Shown one piece after another: positions 11,029 to 23,532 of a stretch of 64,000 nt of DNA (within the stretch, counting starts at the first letter, position 1; each line of letters starts with the position of its first letter). The notes under the pieces were generated by a model. It saw nothing but the letters and a program-made list of their open reading frames with translations, was not told the origin of the DNA and ran no database searches. A program made the translations under genes and the position numbers. The stretch is from Terriglobia bacterium (GTDB lineage Bacteria; Acidobacteriota; Terriglobia; Acidiferrales; UBA7541), in assembly GCA_963695545.1 (NCBI GenBank), contig OY968796.1, forward strand, positions 2,336,001 through 2,400,000, read 5' to 3'.

Positions 11029-11574
11029 ATGTCGCGCATCGGCAAACAACCCATTCCGATTCCCGCTGGCGTCAAAGTTCAGATCCAGCCGGGCGCGGTC
11101 GAAGTGCAAGGCCCGAAGGGCAAGCTCACGGTTCCTTTGCCGCGCGGCATCACGTTTGAGCAGAAGGGCACGGAACTTCTCGCTCTTCGCCAAAGCGACG
11201 AGCAGCGCGCGCTGCACGGTTTGGCGCGCGCCCTTGTCGCGAACGCCGTGCAAGGCGTCACCAAGGGTTTTCAGAAGGATCTCGATATCGTCGGCGTCGG
11301 CTATCGCGCTGAGCTCAAGGGTACGTTCGTGAATTTCAGCCTCGGCTATTCGCATCCGATCGAGTTCCCGATCCCGGCCGGTATCAACATCACCGTCGAG
11401 AAGCAGACGCATCTTCAGGTTTCGGGAGCGGACCGCGCGCGCGTCGGCCAAGTCGCGGCCGACATTCGCTCGCTGCGCCCGCCGGATCCATACAAGCAGA
11501 AGGGCATTCGCATCACCGGCGAACGCTTGAAGAAGAAGGCCGGCAAGGCCGGAGCGGCCAAGACGGGCGCTTAG
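11029..11574 (+). CDS. rplF: 50S ribosomal protein L6
   Basis: [26 protein letters not shown]. Confidence 0.98.
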   Translation: MSRIGKQPIPIPAGVKVQIQPGAVEVQGPKGKLTVPLPRGITFEQKGTELLALRQSDEQRALHGLARALVANAVQGVTKGFQKDLDIVGVGYRAELKGTFVNFSLGYSHPIEFPIPAGINITVEKQTHLQVSGADRARVGQVAADIRSLRPPDPYKQKGIRITGERLKKKAGKAGAAKTGA

Positions 11575-11600
11575 AGCCCGCCAGGACAAGGAGATTCGAC

Positions 11601-11981
11601 GTGGCATTGCAACCAGTTCGGAAACTTTCGCGGAACCTGCATCGCAAACGCATTCATCGCCGCGTGCGCGTTCGCGTCGAAGGCTCAACGGAGCGCCCGC
11701 GGCTTTCCGTGTATCGCTCGCTCGGACACATTTACGCGCAGGTCATCGACGATCAAACCGGGCGCACGCTCGCCTCGGCCAGCTCGCTCGATAAAGAGAC
11801 GCGCAAAGATCTCAAGGCCGGCGGCAACATCGCCGCGGCCAAGGTCATCGGCAAGAAAATCGCCGAGCGCGCTCGCGCCGCCGGCGTTGAGCTCGTGGTT
11901 TTCGATCGCGGCGGATACAAATATCACGGCAGGATCGCGGCCCTGGCCGCAGCGGCCCGAGAAGCGGGGTTGAAATTTTAA
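11601..11981 (+). CDS. rplR: 50S ribosomal protein L18
   Basis: [21 protein letters not shown]. Confidence 0.97.
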   Translation: MALQPVRKLSRNLHRKRIHRRVRVRVEGSTERPRLSVYRSLGHIYAQVIDDQTGRTLASASSLDKETRKDLKAGGNIAAAKVIGKKIAERARAAGVELVVFDRGGYKYHGRIAALAAAAREAGLKF

Positions 11982-11983
11982 GT

Positions 11984-12522
11984 ATGTCCAAACACATCCT
12001 ACGCGAGACTTTGTCGGTTCGGCGGCCCATCGAGGTCAGCGCAAACAATTTGAAGGACCAGGTCGTTTCGATCCAGCGCGTCACGAAAGTCGTCAAGGGC
12101 GGCAAGAACCTCAGCTTCTCCGCGCTCGTGGTTGTCGGCGATCAGCAGGGCCACGCCGGATTCGGCATGGGCAAGGCCCGCGAAGTCCCCATGGCCATTC
12201 GCAAGGCCATCGAGCAGGCCAAGAAAAATTTGCTGTCCGCTGAACCTCAAGGGCACCACGATCCCGCATCAGGTGATCGGCCTTTACGGTTCGGGGCAAG
12301 TGCTGTTGAAGCCCGCGCCTGAAGGCACCGGAATCATCGCCGGCGGCCCGGTGCGCGCGGTGATGGAAGTCGCTGGGATTCACAACGTGCTCACGAAATC
12401 GCATCGGCACGTCGAATCCGCACAACGTCATCAAGGCCACCTTCGATGCGCTGTTGCGCTTGAAGGACATCGACAAAGTTGCCGAGATTCGCTCGAAAAC
12501 GGTCGAAGAGCTGGGCAATTAG
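11984..12522 (+). CDS. rpsE: 30S ribosomal protein S5 with two +1 frameshifts (~12235, ~12402)
   Basis: RVTKVVKGG in one frame, [14 protein letters not shown] in the next, [13 protein letters not shown]...ELGN-TAG in the third; 539-2 nt = 179 codons. Confidence 0.92.
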
Positions 12523-12544
12523 CGCAGGAACGAGGCGGCAGATC

Positions 12545-12736
12545 ATGGCGAAATCGAAAACCGGCACGGTGAAAATCAAGTGGGTGGTCAGCTTCATCGG
12601 CTGCCCTCGGCCCATGCGCTCGGCGATTCGCGGCCTCGGATTCCGCCGCATGCAGCAAGTCGTCGAGCGCGAGGACACGCCGTCGATTCGTGGAATGATT
12701 CACAAAGTGCGCCATCTTGTCGTCGTCGTTGAATGA
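12545..12736 (+). CDS. rpmD: 50S ribosomal protein L30
   Basis: [30 protein letters not shown]; between rpsE and rplO. Confidence 0.95.
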   Translation: MAKSKTGTVKIKWVVSFIGCPRPMRSAIRGLGFRRMQQVVEREDTPSIRGMIHKVRHLVVVVE

Positions 12737-12781
12737 TTTCGTCGTTGTCGTTGAACAAAGTTGACTAGGGGAATCGTCACC

Positions 12782-13230
12782 ATGGCAGTGAAACTCTCGA
12801 ATCTTCATCCGCCGCACGGCTCGCGCCACCGCAAGGTGCGCGTCGGCCGCGGCATCGGCTCGAAGCTCGGCAAAACGGCCGGCAAAGGCAACAAGGGCCA
12901 GAGCTCGCGCAAGGGTTTCTCGCAGCGTCCGGGATTCGAGGGCGGCCAGATGCCCCTGCATCGCCGCATGCCCAAGCGCGGCTTTCGCAGCCCGTTCGGC
13001 ACGCGTTTATTCGGTCGTGAACGTGGAGCAGCCTCAACGCCTTCGACGCCGGCGAGGATGTCACGCCCGAGCTTTTGCGCGCAGCGGGCTTGGTGCGTGG
13101 CCGAACTTCGAGCATCAAGATTTTGGGCGACGGCGATTTGACGCCGGGCCTCACGGTGCGCGCCCACGCCTTCAGTAAATCGGCTGCGGAGAAAATCGCC
13201 CGAGCCGGAGGGAAGGTCGAGGTCCTGTAA
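12782..13230 (+). CDS. rplO: 50S ribosomal protein L15 with two +1 frameshifts (~13007, ~13032)
   Basis: [18 protein letters not shown], then YSVVNV, then KILGDG...[22 protein letters not shown]; 449-2 nt = 149 codons. Confidence 0.92.
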
Positions 13231-14649
13231 TGAACCAGTTTTTTGAAGCCTTCGCCAATATGTTCCGCATTCCGGACCTGCGCAAGCGGCTTCTATTCAC
13301 GTTGGCTATGCTGGCGGTTTACCGGCTCGGCGCGTTTCTTGCCGACGCCGGGAATCAACACCGACGTGTTGCAGCAGCTTTTTCAGTCAGAACCAGGGCT
13401 CGGTCCTGGGCATCATCGATCTGTTCAGCGGCGGCAATTTCCGCCGGCTCACGATTTTCGCGCTGGGCATCATGCCGTATATCACGGCATCGATTATCTT
13501 GCAGTTGATGACCGTGGTTTGGCCCTATCTCGAGACGCTTGCAAAAAGAAGGCGAGCTTGGCCGGCGCAAGATCACGCAGTACACGCGCTACTTGACGAT
13601 CGTCCTGAGCGTCGTGCAGTCGCTTTCGATCGCCGTCAACGCTCGAGCGCACTGGCGGCGGCCCCGGCGGCGCAGCTCTGGTGTACAACCCGGGTTGGTC
13701 CTTCACGCTGATGACCGTCCTGACGCTGACCACCGGCTCCGCCTTCATCATGTGGCTTGGCGAGCAGATCAGCGAGCGCGGCGTCGGCAACGGAATGTCT
13801 TTGATCATTTTCGCCGGCATCGTTGTCGGCCTGCCGCGCGCCGTGGGCGACCTTTGGGGCAAAGCGCGCACGGAGCAGTGGGGCCCGTTCACCGGTCTCG
13901 CGATTTTCGTGCTCCTCGCGCTCATGCTCGTGGTGATCGGCTTCATCGTGTTCGTGGAGGGTGGTCAGCGGCGCATCCCGGTGCAATACGCCAAACGTGT
14001 CGTTGGCCGGCGAGTGATGGGTGGTCAGATGACCTATCTGCCGCTGCGCGTGAATTCCGGCGGCGTGATTCCGCCGATTTTCGCCAGTTCGCTTCTGACG
14101 TTTCCCGGCACGCTCGATCTGTTTTTCGGCAAGAAGGTGGCCGTCGTCGACAATTTCGCCAAAGCTCTCGCCTGGGGCGAGCCGCTGTACACGCTGATTT
14201 ACGTCGTGCTGATCATTGTCTTCGCGTTTTTTTACGTCGGCATCGTGTTCAATCCCACGGAGCTTGCCGACAACATGCGCAAGTACGGAGGATTCATTCC
14301 CGGCATTCGCCCGGGACGCAACACCTCCGAACATATCGATCGGATTCTGCGCCGGCTCACTTTTGTCGGCGGCGTGTATCTCGCTGCGGTCTGTTTGTTG
14401 CCGGAATGGATGATCGCCGGAATCCATTTGCAGCATTTGCCCGGCGCTGTCGGCGCGTGGTTCGATAATCACATGTGGCGGTTCGTGCTCGAGGGCCTGA
14501 ACATTTCGTTCTATTTCGGCGGCACCTCGCTGCTCATCGTTGTCGGCGTCGCCATGGACACGGTGCAGCAGATCGAATCGCAGCTGGTGATGCGCAATTA
14601 CGAAGGCTTCGTCAAGAAGGGGAAGCTGCGGAGCAGGCGGTATGGCTGA
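13230..14649 (+). CDS. secY: Preprotein translocase SecY with four +1 frameshifts in the 5' third
   Basis: [57 protein letters not shown] spread over successive frames; 1420-4 nt = 472 codons. Confidence 0.93.
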
Positions 14650-15334
14650 TCTGAGGCCCGGCGACGAGCTTCCGATCCGTAACCGCGCCATTATTCTTCT
14701 CGGGCCTCCCGGTGCGGGCAAAGGAACGCAAGCGCGGCGGTTGGCGGAGCGGTTTCACTTGCCGCAGCTCTCCACCGGAGACATGCTGCGCGAGCAGATC
14801 GCGAGCGGGAGCGAGCTGGGGAAGAAGGCCAAGCCCCTGATGGAACGCGGCGAGCTTGTGCCGGACGAAATTGTGCTGGGAATGGTGGAGCACAGAGTCA
14901 CCATGCCGGATTGCGCGAGAGGTTTCGTGCTCGATGGTTTTCCGCGCACGATTCCCCAGGCCGAATGCCTGGGCGAGATTTTGAAGCGATGCGGTTTCGG
15001 TCGGCCCGTGGTGCTGCACTTTGTGGTTGACGGCAATCGGTTGCTCGAGCGGCTCACCGGCCGCCGGATTTGCGCGGTGAACGGCGAGATTTACAACGTC
15101 TACGAGCGGCCGCCGAAAGTGCCCGGCCGCTGTGATAACGACGGCGGGGAACTTGTAGCGCGGCCCGACGATCGCGAAGAAGTGGTTCGGCCGCGTCTTG
15201 AGGCTTATCGCCGGAGAACCAAGGTGCTTGTGGAATATTACACGCACCAGGGCGTGCTTACGGACATTGACGCCGACGCCGCGCCGGACGCGGTCACGGC
15301 GCAGTTGGTGGAGATTCTGACGCGAGTGAACTGA
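14642..15334 (+). CDS. adk: Adenylate kinase
   Basis: GPPGAGKGTQA, STGDMLR, LDGFPRT. Confidence 0.97.
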   Translation: MADLRPGDELPIRNRAIILLGPPGAGKGTQARRLAERFHLPQLSTGDMLREQIASGSELGKKAKPLMERGELVPDEIVLGMVEHRVTMPDCARGFVLDGFPRTIPQAECLGEILKRCGFGRPVVLHFVVDGNRLLERLTGRRICAVNGEIYNVYERPPKVPGRCDNDGGELVARPDDREEVVRPRLEAYRRRTKVLVEYYTHQGVLTDIDADAAPDAVTAQLVEILTRVN

Positions 15335-15335
15335 A

Positions 15336-16106
15336 ATGATTGTTTGCAAGTCTCCGTCGGAGTTGGAAACGATGCACCGCGCTGGCCTTGTCGTTTGGGA
15401 CGTGCTCGATTCGCTGCGGCGCATGGTGAAGCCGGGAATGACGACAATGGAACTCGATCAATTCGCGGAGCGGCGGGCTGTCGAGCAGGAAGCGCGCCCG
15501 GCGTTCAAGAATTATCGCGGTTATCCGGCGTCGCTGTGCACTTCGGTGAATGAGCAAGTCGTGCACGGTATTCCGTCGGACCGGCGCTTGCGCGAAGGAG
15601 ACATTTTGTCGCTCGATTTCGGTGTCGAACTCGGCGGCTATTACGCCGATGCGGCCCTAACGGTCCCGGTCGGCGCGATTCGCCCGGAGCTCGAAAAACT
15701 GCTGGACGTCACGCGCGTCGCGCTCGGTCAGGCCATTGAGAAAGTTCGGCCCGGCAACCGTCTCGGCGAAGTTTCATCGTCCGTGCAGGAATGGGTGGAG
15801 CGCAACGGCTTTTCGATCGTGCGCGAATTCGTAGGCCACGGAATCGGAACGCGCATGCACGAAGAGCCCAACGTTCCGAATTACGGCGAGCCGGGCAAGG
15901 GCCCGAAGCTGCAAGAGGGCATGGTCTTCGCCATCGAGCCGATGGTCAACGCGGGTAAAGCCGATGTGCGCGTTCTTGAAGATCGCTGGACGGCCGTGAC
16001 CTCCGACGGAAGCTATTCGGCGCACTTTGAGCACACCGTCGCCGTCACCTCAAACGGCCCGTGGATCTTGACGCGGCCGCGCGAAGCCGCTGGGCCGGCC
16101 TGGTGA
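15336..16106 (+). CDS. map: Methionine aminopeptidase type I
   Basis: [30 protein letters not shown]. Confidence 0.97.
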   Translation: MIVCKSPSELETMHRAGLVVWDVLDSLRRMVKPGMTTMELDQFAERRAVEQEARPAFKNYRGYPASLCTSVNEQVVHGIPSDRRLREGDILSLDFGVELGGYYADAALTVPVGAIRPELEKLLDVTRVALGQAIEKVRPGNRLGEVSSSVQEWVERNGFSIVREFVGHGIGTRMHEEPNVPNYGEPGKGPKLQEGMVFAIEPMVNAGKADVRVLEDRWTAVTSDGSYSAHFEHTVAVTSNGPWILTRPREAAGPAW

Positions 16107-16122
16107 GAAGGGTAGAGAGATC

Positions 16123-16386
16123 ATGAGAAAACAACGGCCGCCGGACAAGCCGAAAGCTGACGCCGGCAACCCGAAAGAGGACGCCATCGAAGTGATGGCC
16201 ACGGTGATCGAGCCCTTGCCGAACGCGATGTTCCGCGTGCAGCTCGAAAATAAGCACAAGGTGCTTGCGCATATTTCCGGCAAGATGCGGAAAAATTTTA
16301 TTCGGATTCTCGCGGGAGACAAGGTCGCGGTCGAGCTTTCGCCCTACGACCTCACGCGAGGGCGCATCGTTTACCGCTACAAGTAA
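16123..16386 (+). CDS. infA: Translation initiation factor IF-1
   Basis: [28 protein letters not shown]. Confidence 0.97.
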   Translation: MRKQRPPDKPKADAGNPKEDAIEVMATVIEPLPNAMFRVQLENKHKVLAHISGKMRKNFIRILAGDKVAVELSPYDLTRGRIVYRYK

Positions 16387-16404
16387 GCGGCGCAAGGAGC
16401 AGCC

Positions 16405-16518
16405 ATGAAAGTCAGAGCATCGGTTAAAAAGATTTGCGACAAGTGCAAGGTGATTCACCGGCGCGGCGTTGTGCGCGTAATTTGCGTCAACCCGAAGCAC
16501 AAGCAACGCCAGGGCTAG
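16405..16518 (+). CDS. rpmJ: 50S ribosomal protein L36 (below the ORF track cut-off)
   Basis: Manual translation [46 protein letters not shown]. Confidence 0.98.
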   Translation: MKVRASVKKICDKCKVIHRRGVVRVICVNPKHKQRQG

Positions 16519-16557
16519 TTAACAGATCGTCGGAAGAGAAACTGGGAGGAAGCATAG

Positions 16558-16944
16558 ATGGCACGCATCGCAGGCGTTGATTTACCGCCGCAAAAGCGGC
16601 TCTGGGTGGGTCTGACTTCGATCTATGGCATCGGTCTAAAGCGCGCGCAGTCGTTGTGCGCGAAGGCCAACGTCGAGGAAACCAAGAAGATCAAGGATCT
16701 CACCGAAGAAGAAGTCAATCGTCTCCGGCAGGCGATTGAATCCGAAGGCCGCGTCGAAGGGGATCTCCGCAAGGAGGTTCAGATGAACATTCGCCGGCTG
16801 ATTGAAATCCAGTGCTACCGCGGCCTGCGCCACCGGCGCAATCTGCCCGTGCACGGCCAGCGCACGCACACCAACGCTCGCACGCGCAAAGGTCCGCGCA
16901 AGGGCGCCGTGGCCGCGAAGAAGAAAGTCGCCGCCAGAAAATAG
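16558..16944 (+). CDS. rpsM: 30S ribosomal protein S13
   Basis: [36 protein letters not shown]. Confidence 0.98.
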   Translation: MARIAGVDLPPQKRLWVGLTSIYGIGLKRAQSLCAKANVEETKKIKDLTEEEVNRLRQAIESEGRVEGDLRKEVQMNIRRLIEIQCYRGLRHRRNLPVHGQRTHTNARTRKGPRKGAVAAKKKVAARK

Positions 16945-16974
16945 TTTTCAAGATTTAGCCGAGAGGGGAACGAA

Positions 16975-17424
16975 GTGGCCAAAGAACAAGTGCAGGACGC
17001 CGGAGCGCCAGCAGCTGCAGCGGCGAAATCTTCCAAGAAAAAGAAAGAGTTCAAGAAGAAGCGTGAACGGCGCATCGTGCCGCACGGCGTGGCGCACATC
17101 CAGGCCACGTTCAACAACACGATCGTCACAATTTGCGGACCTGACGGTCGCGCCGTCTGCTGGTCATCGGCCGGCTCGATCGGATTCAAGGGCTCGCGCA
17201 AAGGCACGCCGTATGCCGCGCAACAGGCTTCCATCACCGCGGCCGGTGTCGCCCGCGATCAGTACGGCATGAAAAGCATCGAAGTACGCCTCAAAGGCCC
17301 GGGCTCGGGCCGCGAATCTGCGGTTCGCGCGCTGGCTGCGGCCGGCCTGCACATCGTGCATATCAAGGACGTGACGCCCATTCCGCACAACGGTTGCCGT
17401 CCGCCAAAGCGCCGGCGCGTTTGA
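16975..17424 (+). CDS. rpsK: 30S ribosomal protein S11
   Basis: [40 protein letters not shown]. Confidence 0.98.
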   Translation: MAKEQVQDAGAPAAAAAKSSKKKKEFKKKRERRIVPHGVAHIQATFNNTIVTICGPDGRAVCWSSAGSIGFKGSRKGTPYAAQQASITAAGVARDQYGMKSIEVRLKGPGSGRESAVRALAAAGLHIVHIKDVTPIPHNGCRPPKRRRV

Positions 17425-17482
17425 AGCGCTCGGCAAAGTTTTTGTAACAGAAACGGTAGCAGAAACAAAAGGAGAGACGTCG

Positions 17483-18118
17483 TTGGCAAGACATCGAGAA
17501 GCGGTTTGCAGGCTCTGCCGTCGCGAAGGGCAGAAGCTATTTTTGAAAGGTCTACGTTGCTTCACCGAGAAGTGCGCCATCGAAAAGCGCAACTTCGTTC
17601 CCGGTCAGCACGGACAAACGCGCCGTGCGAAAAAGCTCGTCGGCTACGGCCTACAGTTGCGCGAAAAGCAGAAGGTCAAGCGCACCTATGGCCTGCTCGA
17701 GCGCCAGTTTCGCAACTATTTTGAAAAGGCCGAGCGCATGCAAGGCCCCACGGGCGAAAATCTGATCGTGATGCTCGAACGCCGCCTGGACAACGCGATT
17801 TGGCGCATGGGCGTTGCCAGCTCGCGCTCGCAAGGACGCCAGTTTGTTCTTCACGGCCACGTTCAGGTGAACGGCAAGAAGGTCAATATCCCCTCGTATC
17901 TGGTCAGTGTGGGCGAGGAGATCAGCCTGAAAGAAGACATGCATCAAAACGCCATGGTTCTTGAATCGCGCAACGTCGCGCAAAGCCAGAGCGGCGTGCC
18001 CTGGCTCGATCAGGATCGTGAAAAATTCAAAGCCAAGGTTGTCGCTTTGCCCAAGCGCGAAAATGTGCAAACGCCGCCCATCACCGAGCAGCTCATCGTC
18101 GAGCTTTACTCGAAGTAG
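17483..18118 (+). CDS. rpsD: 30S ribosomal protein S4
   Basis: CRLCRREG, QLREKQK, LERRLDN, LIVELYSK. Confidence 0.98.
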   Translation: MARHREAVCRLCRREGQKLFLKGLRCFTEKCAIEKRNFVPGQHGQTRRAKKLVGYGLQLREKQKVKRTYGLLERQFRNYFEKAERMQGPTGENLIVMLERRLDNAIWRMGVASSRSQGRQFVLHGHVQVNGKKVNIPSYLVSVGEEISLKEDMHQNAMVLESRNVAQSQSGVPWLDQDREKFKAKVVALPKRENVQTPPITEQLIVELYSK

Positions 18119-18188
18119 TCGGCTGCGCGCGCAAAAGTTTTTTGTCAGTTTGTCGGCCCCGCATTAGCGGGGAGGAAGGACGCAAACG

Positions 18189-19217
18189 ATGTGGAAAGGT
18201 TTTCAGAAACCAAAGAGGTTGGCGGCCGAACTCGAGTCGCTCACTGATAAGTACGGGAAGTTTTCGGCGCAGCCGTTTGAACGCGGATGGGGAACGACCG
18301 TGGGCAATTCGCTTCGGCGTGCCCTGCTCAGTTCAATCGAAGGGGCGGCCATCACGGCGGTCAAGATCGAAGGCGTGCTGCACGAATTTTCTTCGATCCC
18401 CGGCGTGGTTGAGGACGCGACCGACATCATCCTGAACTTGAAGCAGGTGCCGCTCAAGCTCAACAACGACCAGCCCAAGACGATTTTTCTGAACATCGAA
18501 AATCCGGGCGTGGTCACCTCGTCGGCGATTGAAGAGGACGCCGATTTTGCCGTCCTCGACAAGAACGTTTACATCGCCACCGTCAGCGAGGGCGGAAAAT
18601 TGCAGCTCGAGATGCGCGTCAAGAACGGCCGCGGTTACGTTGCCGCGGACCGCAACTTCGACGAAGACCTGCCCATCGGCTATATCCCGGTTGATTCGGT
18701 TCATTCGCCGGTGCGCAAGGTCAATTACTCGGTTGAAGCCGCGCGCCTGGGCCAAATGACCGATTACGAAAAGCTTTCGCTCGAGGTTTGGACCAACGGC
18801 GCGATCACGCCGCAGGATTCCATCGGCCTCGCCTCGAAGCTCGTGAAAGATCACATGAGCATCTTCATCAATTTTGAAGAGCAGCCGGAAATTAGCGAAG
18901 AATCCATCGAGCCCTACAACGATCCGCGCGTCGAGCACCTCGATCGCTCCGTCGAAGAGCTCGAGCTCTCCGTCCGCTCTTACAATTGCTTGAAGAACGC
19001 CAACATCCAGACCATTCGCGAACTCGTGCAGAAGAGTGAAAACGAAATGTTGAAGACCAAAAACTTCGGTAGGAAATCGCTCAACGAGATCAAGGAAATC
19101 CTGCAGAAGATGGGCTTGAGCCTGGGCATGAAATTCGACGAGCACGGCCGAATCATCTGGCCGCCGCTTCCGAGCCAGACCGCTCCGCCCACTCCGGAGG
19201 AATCGGCGGGCCTGTAA
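18189..19217 (+). CDS. rpoA: RNA polymerase alpha subunit
   Basis: [43 protein letters not shown]. Confidence 0.99.
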   Translation: MWKGFQKPKRLAAELESLTDKYGKFSAQPFERGWGTTVGNSLRRALLSSIEGAAITAVKIEGVLHEFSSIPGVVEDATDIILNLKQVPLKLNNDQPKTIFLNIENPGVVTSSAIEEDADFAVLDKNVYIATVSEGGKLQLEMRVKNGRGYVAADRNFDEDLPIGYIPVDSVHSPVRKVNYSVEAARLGQMTDYEKLSLEVWTNGAITPQDSIGLASKLVKDHMSIFINFEEQPEISEESIEPYNDPRVEHLDRSVEELELSVRSYNCLKNANIQTIRELVQKSENEMLKTKNFGRKSLNEIKEILQKMGLSLGMKFDEHGRIIWPPLPSQTAPPTPEESAGL

Positions 19218-19238
19218 TTCCGCGCGAACACTTTCCTT

Positions 19239-19694
19239 ATGCGACACCGAAACCAAGGCTCGAAACTCGGGCGTCAGCCGGCGCATCGCCGGGCCACGCT
19301 GCGCAACTTGGTGACCAACGTCATCGAGCGCGAGCGCATCACCACAACTCTGACCCGCGCCAAAGCCGCGCGTCCGCTTGTCGAGCAGATGATCACGCTC
19401 GGCAAGCGCGACACGCTGCACGCGCGCCGGCAGGCCGCGTCCTACTTGATGACTCCGGCGGCGACCAAGAAACTTTTCGCCGATATCGCGCCGCGTTTCT
19501 CGGATCGCGCCGGCGGCTACACGCGAATCGTGCGCGCCGGTTTTCGCGTTGGCGACGGCGCCAGCGTGGCCATTCTCGAGTTGCTCGGCTCAAAGCTGCG
19601 CAAGAAAGAGAAAAAGGAAAAGCGCGGGAAAGAAGCGCTTCCCGAACAAGCCGAACCACCCGAAGGCGTTGAAGAAGGCCTGAAGAAAGCTTGA
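19239..19694 (+). CDS. rplQ: 50S ribosomal protein L17
   Basis: [16 protein letters not shown]. Confidence 0.97.
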   Translation: MRHRNQGSKLGRQPAHRRATLRNLVTNVIERERITTTLTRAKAARPLVEQMITLGKRDTLHARRQAASYLMTPAATKKLFADIAPRFSDRAGGYTRIVRAGFRVGDGASVAILELLGSKLRKKEKKEKRGKEALPEQAEPPEGVEEGLKKA

Positions 19695-19735
19695 AGAAAA
19701 TCTGACGCCGCTCGATACGTAAAATTCCATCGACG

Positions 19736-19766
19736 AGGCCGCTCCGATTCCGGGGCGGCCTTTTTT
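19736..19766 (+). terminator. Intrinsic terminator of the ribosomal supercluster
   Basis: AGGCCGCTCCG-attc-CGGGGCGGCCT stem followed by a T tract. Confidence 0.85.
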
Positions 19767-19768
19767 CT

Positions 19769-20215
19769 TCACGCCACAATGTTTTCGCGGCGCGGGCGCA
19801 GCCAGAGCCATATCACAACCTGCGCGAGGATCGCGCCGCAAACGTCAATCATCACGTCGTGCACGGATGCCCCTCTGCCGGGAACGAAAATCTGATGGAA
19901 TTCATCAGAGGCTCCGTAGACGCCGGCGATCGCAACGGCCAAAAGCGCCCAGCGAAATTGCCATCGGCCGGGCGCGGTGCGAATGCCTAACCACAACAGA
20001 ACGCTGAAGACAAAATACTCGAAAACATGGGCGCTCTTGCGAATCGCCAAGTGCACCGCGAGTAGCGTGGCCATCGCAGCGTGCGGAAAAAGCCAGCGCA
20101 GGATCGGAATGACAATGCGGCTGGTATGCGCGCCGCCAAAACGCTCGGTCGACGCAAAAAATATCCACCCAGCCCAGAGCGCCGCGGCAATCCACGGCCC
20201 GATTCGCCGCCGCAT
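19769..20215 (-). CDS. VanZ-family membrane protein
   Basis: IRKSAHVFEY, SDEFHQIFVPGR..DVMID motifs. Confidence 0.85.
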   Translation of the reverse strand: MRRRIGPWIAAALWAGWIFFASTERFGGAHTSRIVIPILRWLFPHAAMATLLAVHLAIRKSAHVFEYFVFSVLLWLGIRTAPGRWQFRWALLAVAIAGVYGASDEFHQIFVPGRGASVHDVMIDVCGAILAQVVIWLWLRPRRENIVA

Positions 20216-20249
20216 GGTTACGCGTGATTCGCGAGGACCAAGTGATTCA

Positions 20250-21707
<1,458 letters not shown>

Positions 21708-21930
21708 TCCGGCTCCTTCACGTGAAAAACGACCCTAAAAAGCAATTCAGCCCAGCGGCGCACCGCTGGGCTGCGAATGTGTTCCCGTCGAAATCGCAGA
21801 ACTTGATATCCAAGAACGACATTTTAGGCGGCGCGGAAGGCGAGGTCAAGTGAGCGGACGATTGACCGCGCATGTGCGGTAGGAGCGCCACGCGAGCCTG
21901 AGAGGGCGAGTATGATGGGCGCATCCGCAG

Positions 21931-22938
21931 ATGCGCCCATTTGAACCACATCCGCTGTTGCGCAACGGCCATGCCATGACGATCGTGGCGACTTTCCTGC
22001 GCCGCCGCTTCCCGGACCTGCCGGCGGCCGAAACGCGTTTGTTCGACGTCGCGCCGGGCGTTCGGTTGGTCGGCTGCGCGCACTGGCAAACGGCCCGACA
22101 CGAGCGCCCGGTGCTGGTTCTGGTGCACGGCCTTGAGGGATCGAGCGAATCCGGGAATCTGCTTGGTCTTGCGGAAAAGGCGTTTCGCGCCGGCTTCAGC
22201 GTAGTGCGACTGAACCAGCGCAATTGTGGCGCCGGCGAACAATATTCTTCCACGCTCTACAACTCCGGTCTGTCGGGAGATTATCGCGCGGTGCTTGCCG
22301 AACTGATCGAGGTGGACCGTGTGCCGGAGATTTTCTTTGCCGGCTGGTCGATGGGCGGCAATCTGGTGATGAAGATGGCCGGTGAATTCGGCTCCGCGGC
22401 ACCGCCAGAATTCCGCGCGCTGGCGGTGGTTTGTCCGGCCCTCGACCTTTCTGTGTGTGCCAACACACTTGCCGTGCCGCGAAATTTCATTTACGAGCGG
22501 CACTTCGTGCGAAATCTGAAGGCGCGTACGCTGCGCAAGGCGCGTAAGTTCCCCGGCAAGATTCGAGTGGAAGGCCTCGCGCGCGTGCACACAGTTCGGG
22601 ACTTTGACAACGCCATCATCGCCCCGCAGTTCGGTTTCCGAGACGCCGAGGATTATTATCAGCAGTCGAGCGCGCTCCGCGTGATCGATCGCGTGAGTAT
22701 TCCGTCGCTGATATTGACGGCGCAAGACGATCCGGTGGTTCCGATCGGAACATTCGACGTGCCCGCGATCCAGGAAAATCCGAACCTGACGTTTGAAGCG
22801 CCCGCGCACGGCGGACACAGCGGATTCGTCTCGCGCTGGAAAGGCTTCGAGCGCTTCTGGGCCGAGGCGCGGCTGATGGAATTTTTCGCGACACGCGCCA
22901 GGTCGGCCCCTGCCGGCCGGAATCTTCCAGACAAATAG
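21931..22938 (+). CDS. YheT-family alpha/beta hydrolase
   Basis: HGLEGS, GWSMGG nucleophile elbow, DDPVV, GGHSGF. Confidence 0.88.
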   Translation: MRPFEPHPLLRNGHAMTIVATFLRRRFPDLPAAETRLFDVAPGVRLVGCAHWQTARHERPVLVLVHGLEGSSESGNLLGLAEKAFRAGFSVVRLNQRNCGAGEQYSSTLYNSGLSGDYRAVLAELIEVDRVPEIFFAGWSMGGNLVMKMAGEFGSAAPPEFRALAVVCPALDLSVCANTLAVPRNFIYERHFVRNLKARTLRKARKFPGKIRVEGLARVHTVRDFDNAIIAPQFGFRDAEDYYQQSSALRVIDRVSIPSLILTAQDDPVVPIGTFDVPAIQENPNLTFEAPAHGGHSGFVSRWKGFERFWAEARLMEFFATRARSAPAGRNLPDK

Positions 22939-22985
22939 CGCCGACGTTGCGAACGGTGAATTCGTCCGCCCCGCAACGTCGGCGC
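22938..22985. other. 14-bp perfect inverted repeat (hairpin) directly after the hydrolase stop
   Basis: GCGCCGACGTTGCG ... CGCAACGTCGGCGC. Confidence 0.7.
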
Positions 22986-22994
22986 GCAGCGCAA

Positions 22995-23381
22995 GGGGGT
23001 ACACCCCCGGTATGTATTGGGTAACGACGTCGTAATAAAGAACTTCCAGAAGACGAGTGACGGAGCAGTGCGTAATTGATTGAAAACAAAAGGGTTCCAG
23101 TGATTTTGATATCCATTATTTCGCGGGGGCGCGCACTGCTTTGCAGCGGTGCGCATGAACCCGAAAATGAAAAAGTTGTGGGGGCGTGACAGCTTGGAGT
23201 TTTGGCGTTGCCATGGCCGCAGAGTCGACGCTCGTGCGCGGCGGATGAACGCGGACAGGGGCAGGCAAGAGACCGCCGCACGCAGAGGGCGGGGCCGAAA
23301 GTTATTCGAATTGGAAGGAGCGAACACGTAAGACGGCATCAGATCGGACCGGAGCTGTCGATCACTAAATGATTATTCAAA
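22995..23381. repeat. Dispersed non-coding element, copy A
   Basis: Left end ACCCCCGGTATGTATTG; internal TAATTGATTGAAAACAAAAGGGTT; right end TTCGAATTGG..GAACACG..TGTCGATCACTAAATGATTATTCAAA aligns to copy B. Confidence 0.7.
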
Positions 23382-23474
23382 GAAAAGGAGTCGGCGGAGA
23401 CGGGCATTACGAATCGCCGTGGCTGAGATGAACGAGCCGGATTGGCCGGTGCATTCGCAAGAGGCCGCGGGCGC

Positions 23475-23507
23475 AAAAAAAAGGAGGCGGCCCGATGGGC
23501 CGCCTCC
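23475..23507 (-). terminator. Intrinsic terminator of the TonB-dependent receptor gene
   Basis: GGAGGCGGCCC-atc-GGGCCGCCTCC then T8 on the minus strand. Confidence 0.9.
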
Positions 23508-23532
23508 GGTTGCCGAGAGCTTCGGTTAGAAG

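Noticed and set aside
12719..12756. Short duplication of the rpmD 3' end (TCGTCGTYGT..TGAA)
   Set aside because: A small local duplication with no evident function, lying in the error-prone region.
21714..21729. TTCACGTGAA palindrome as a second parS
   Set aside because: Only the inner 10 bp match, and it overlaps the guaB RBS region.
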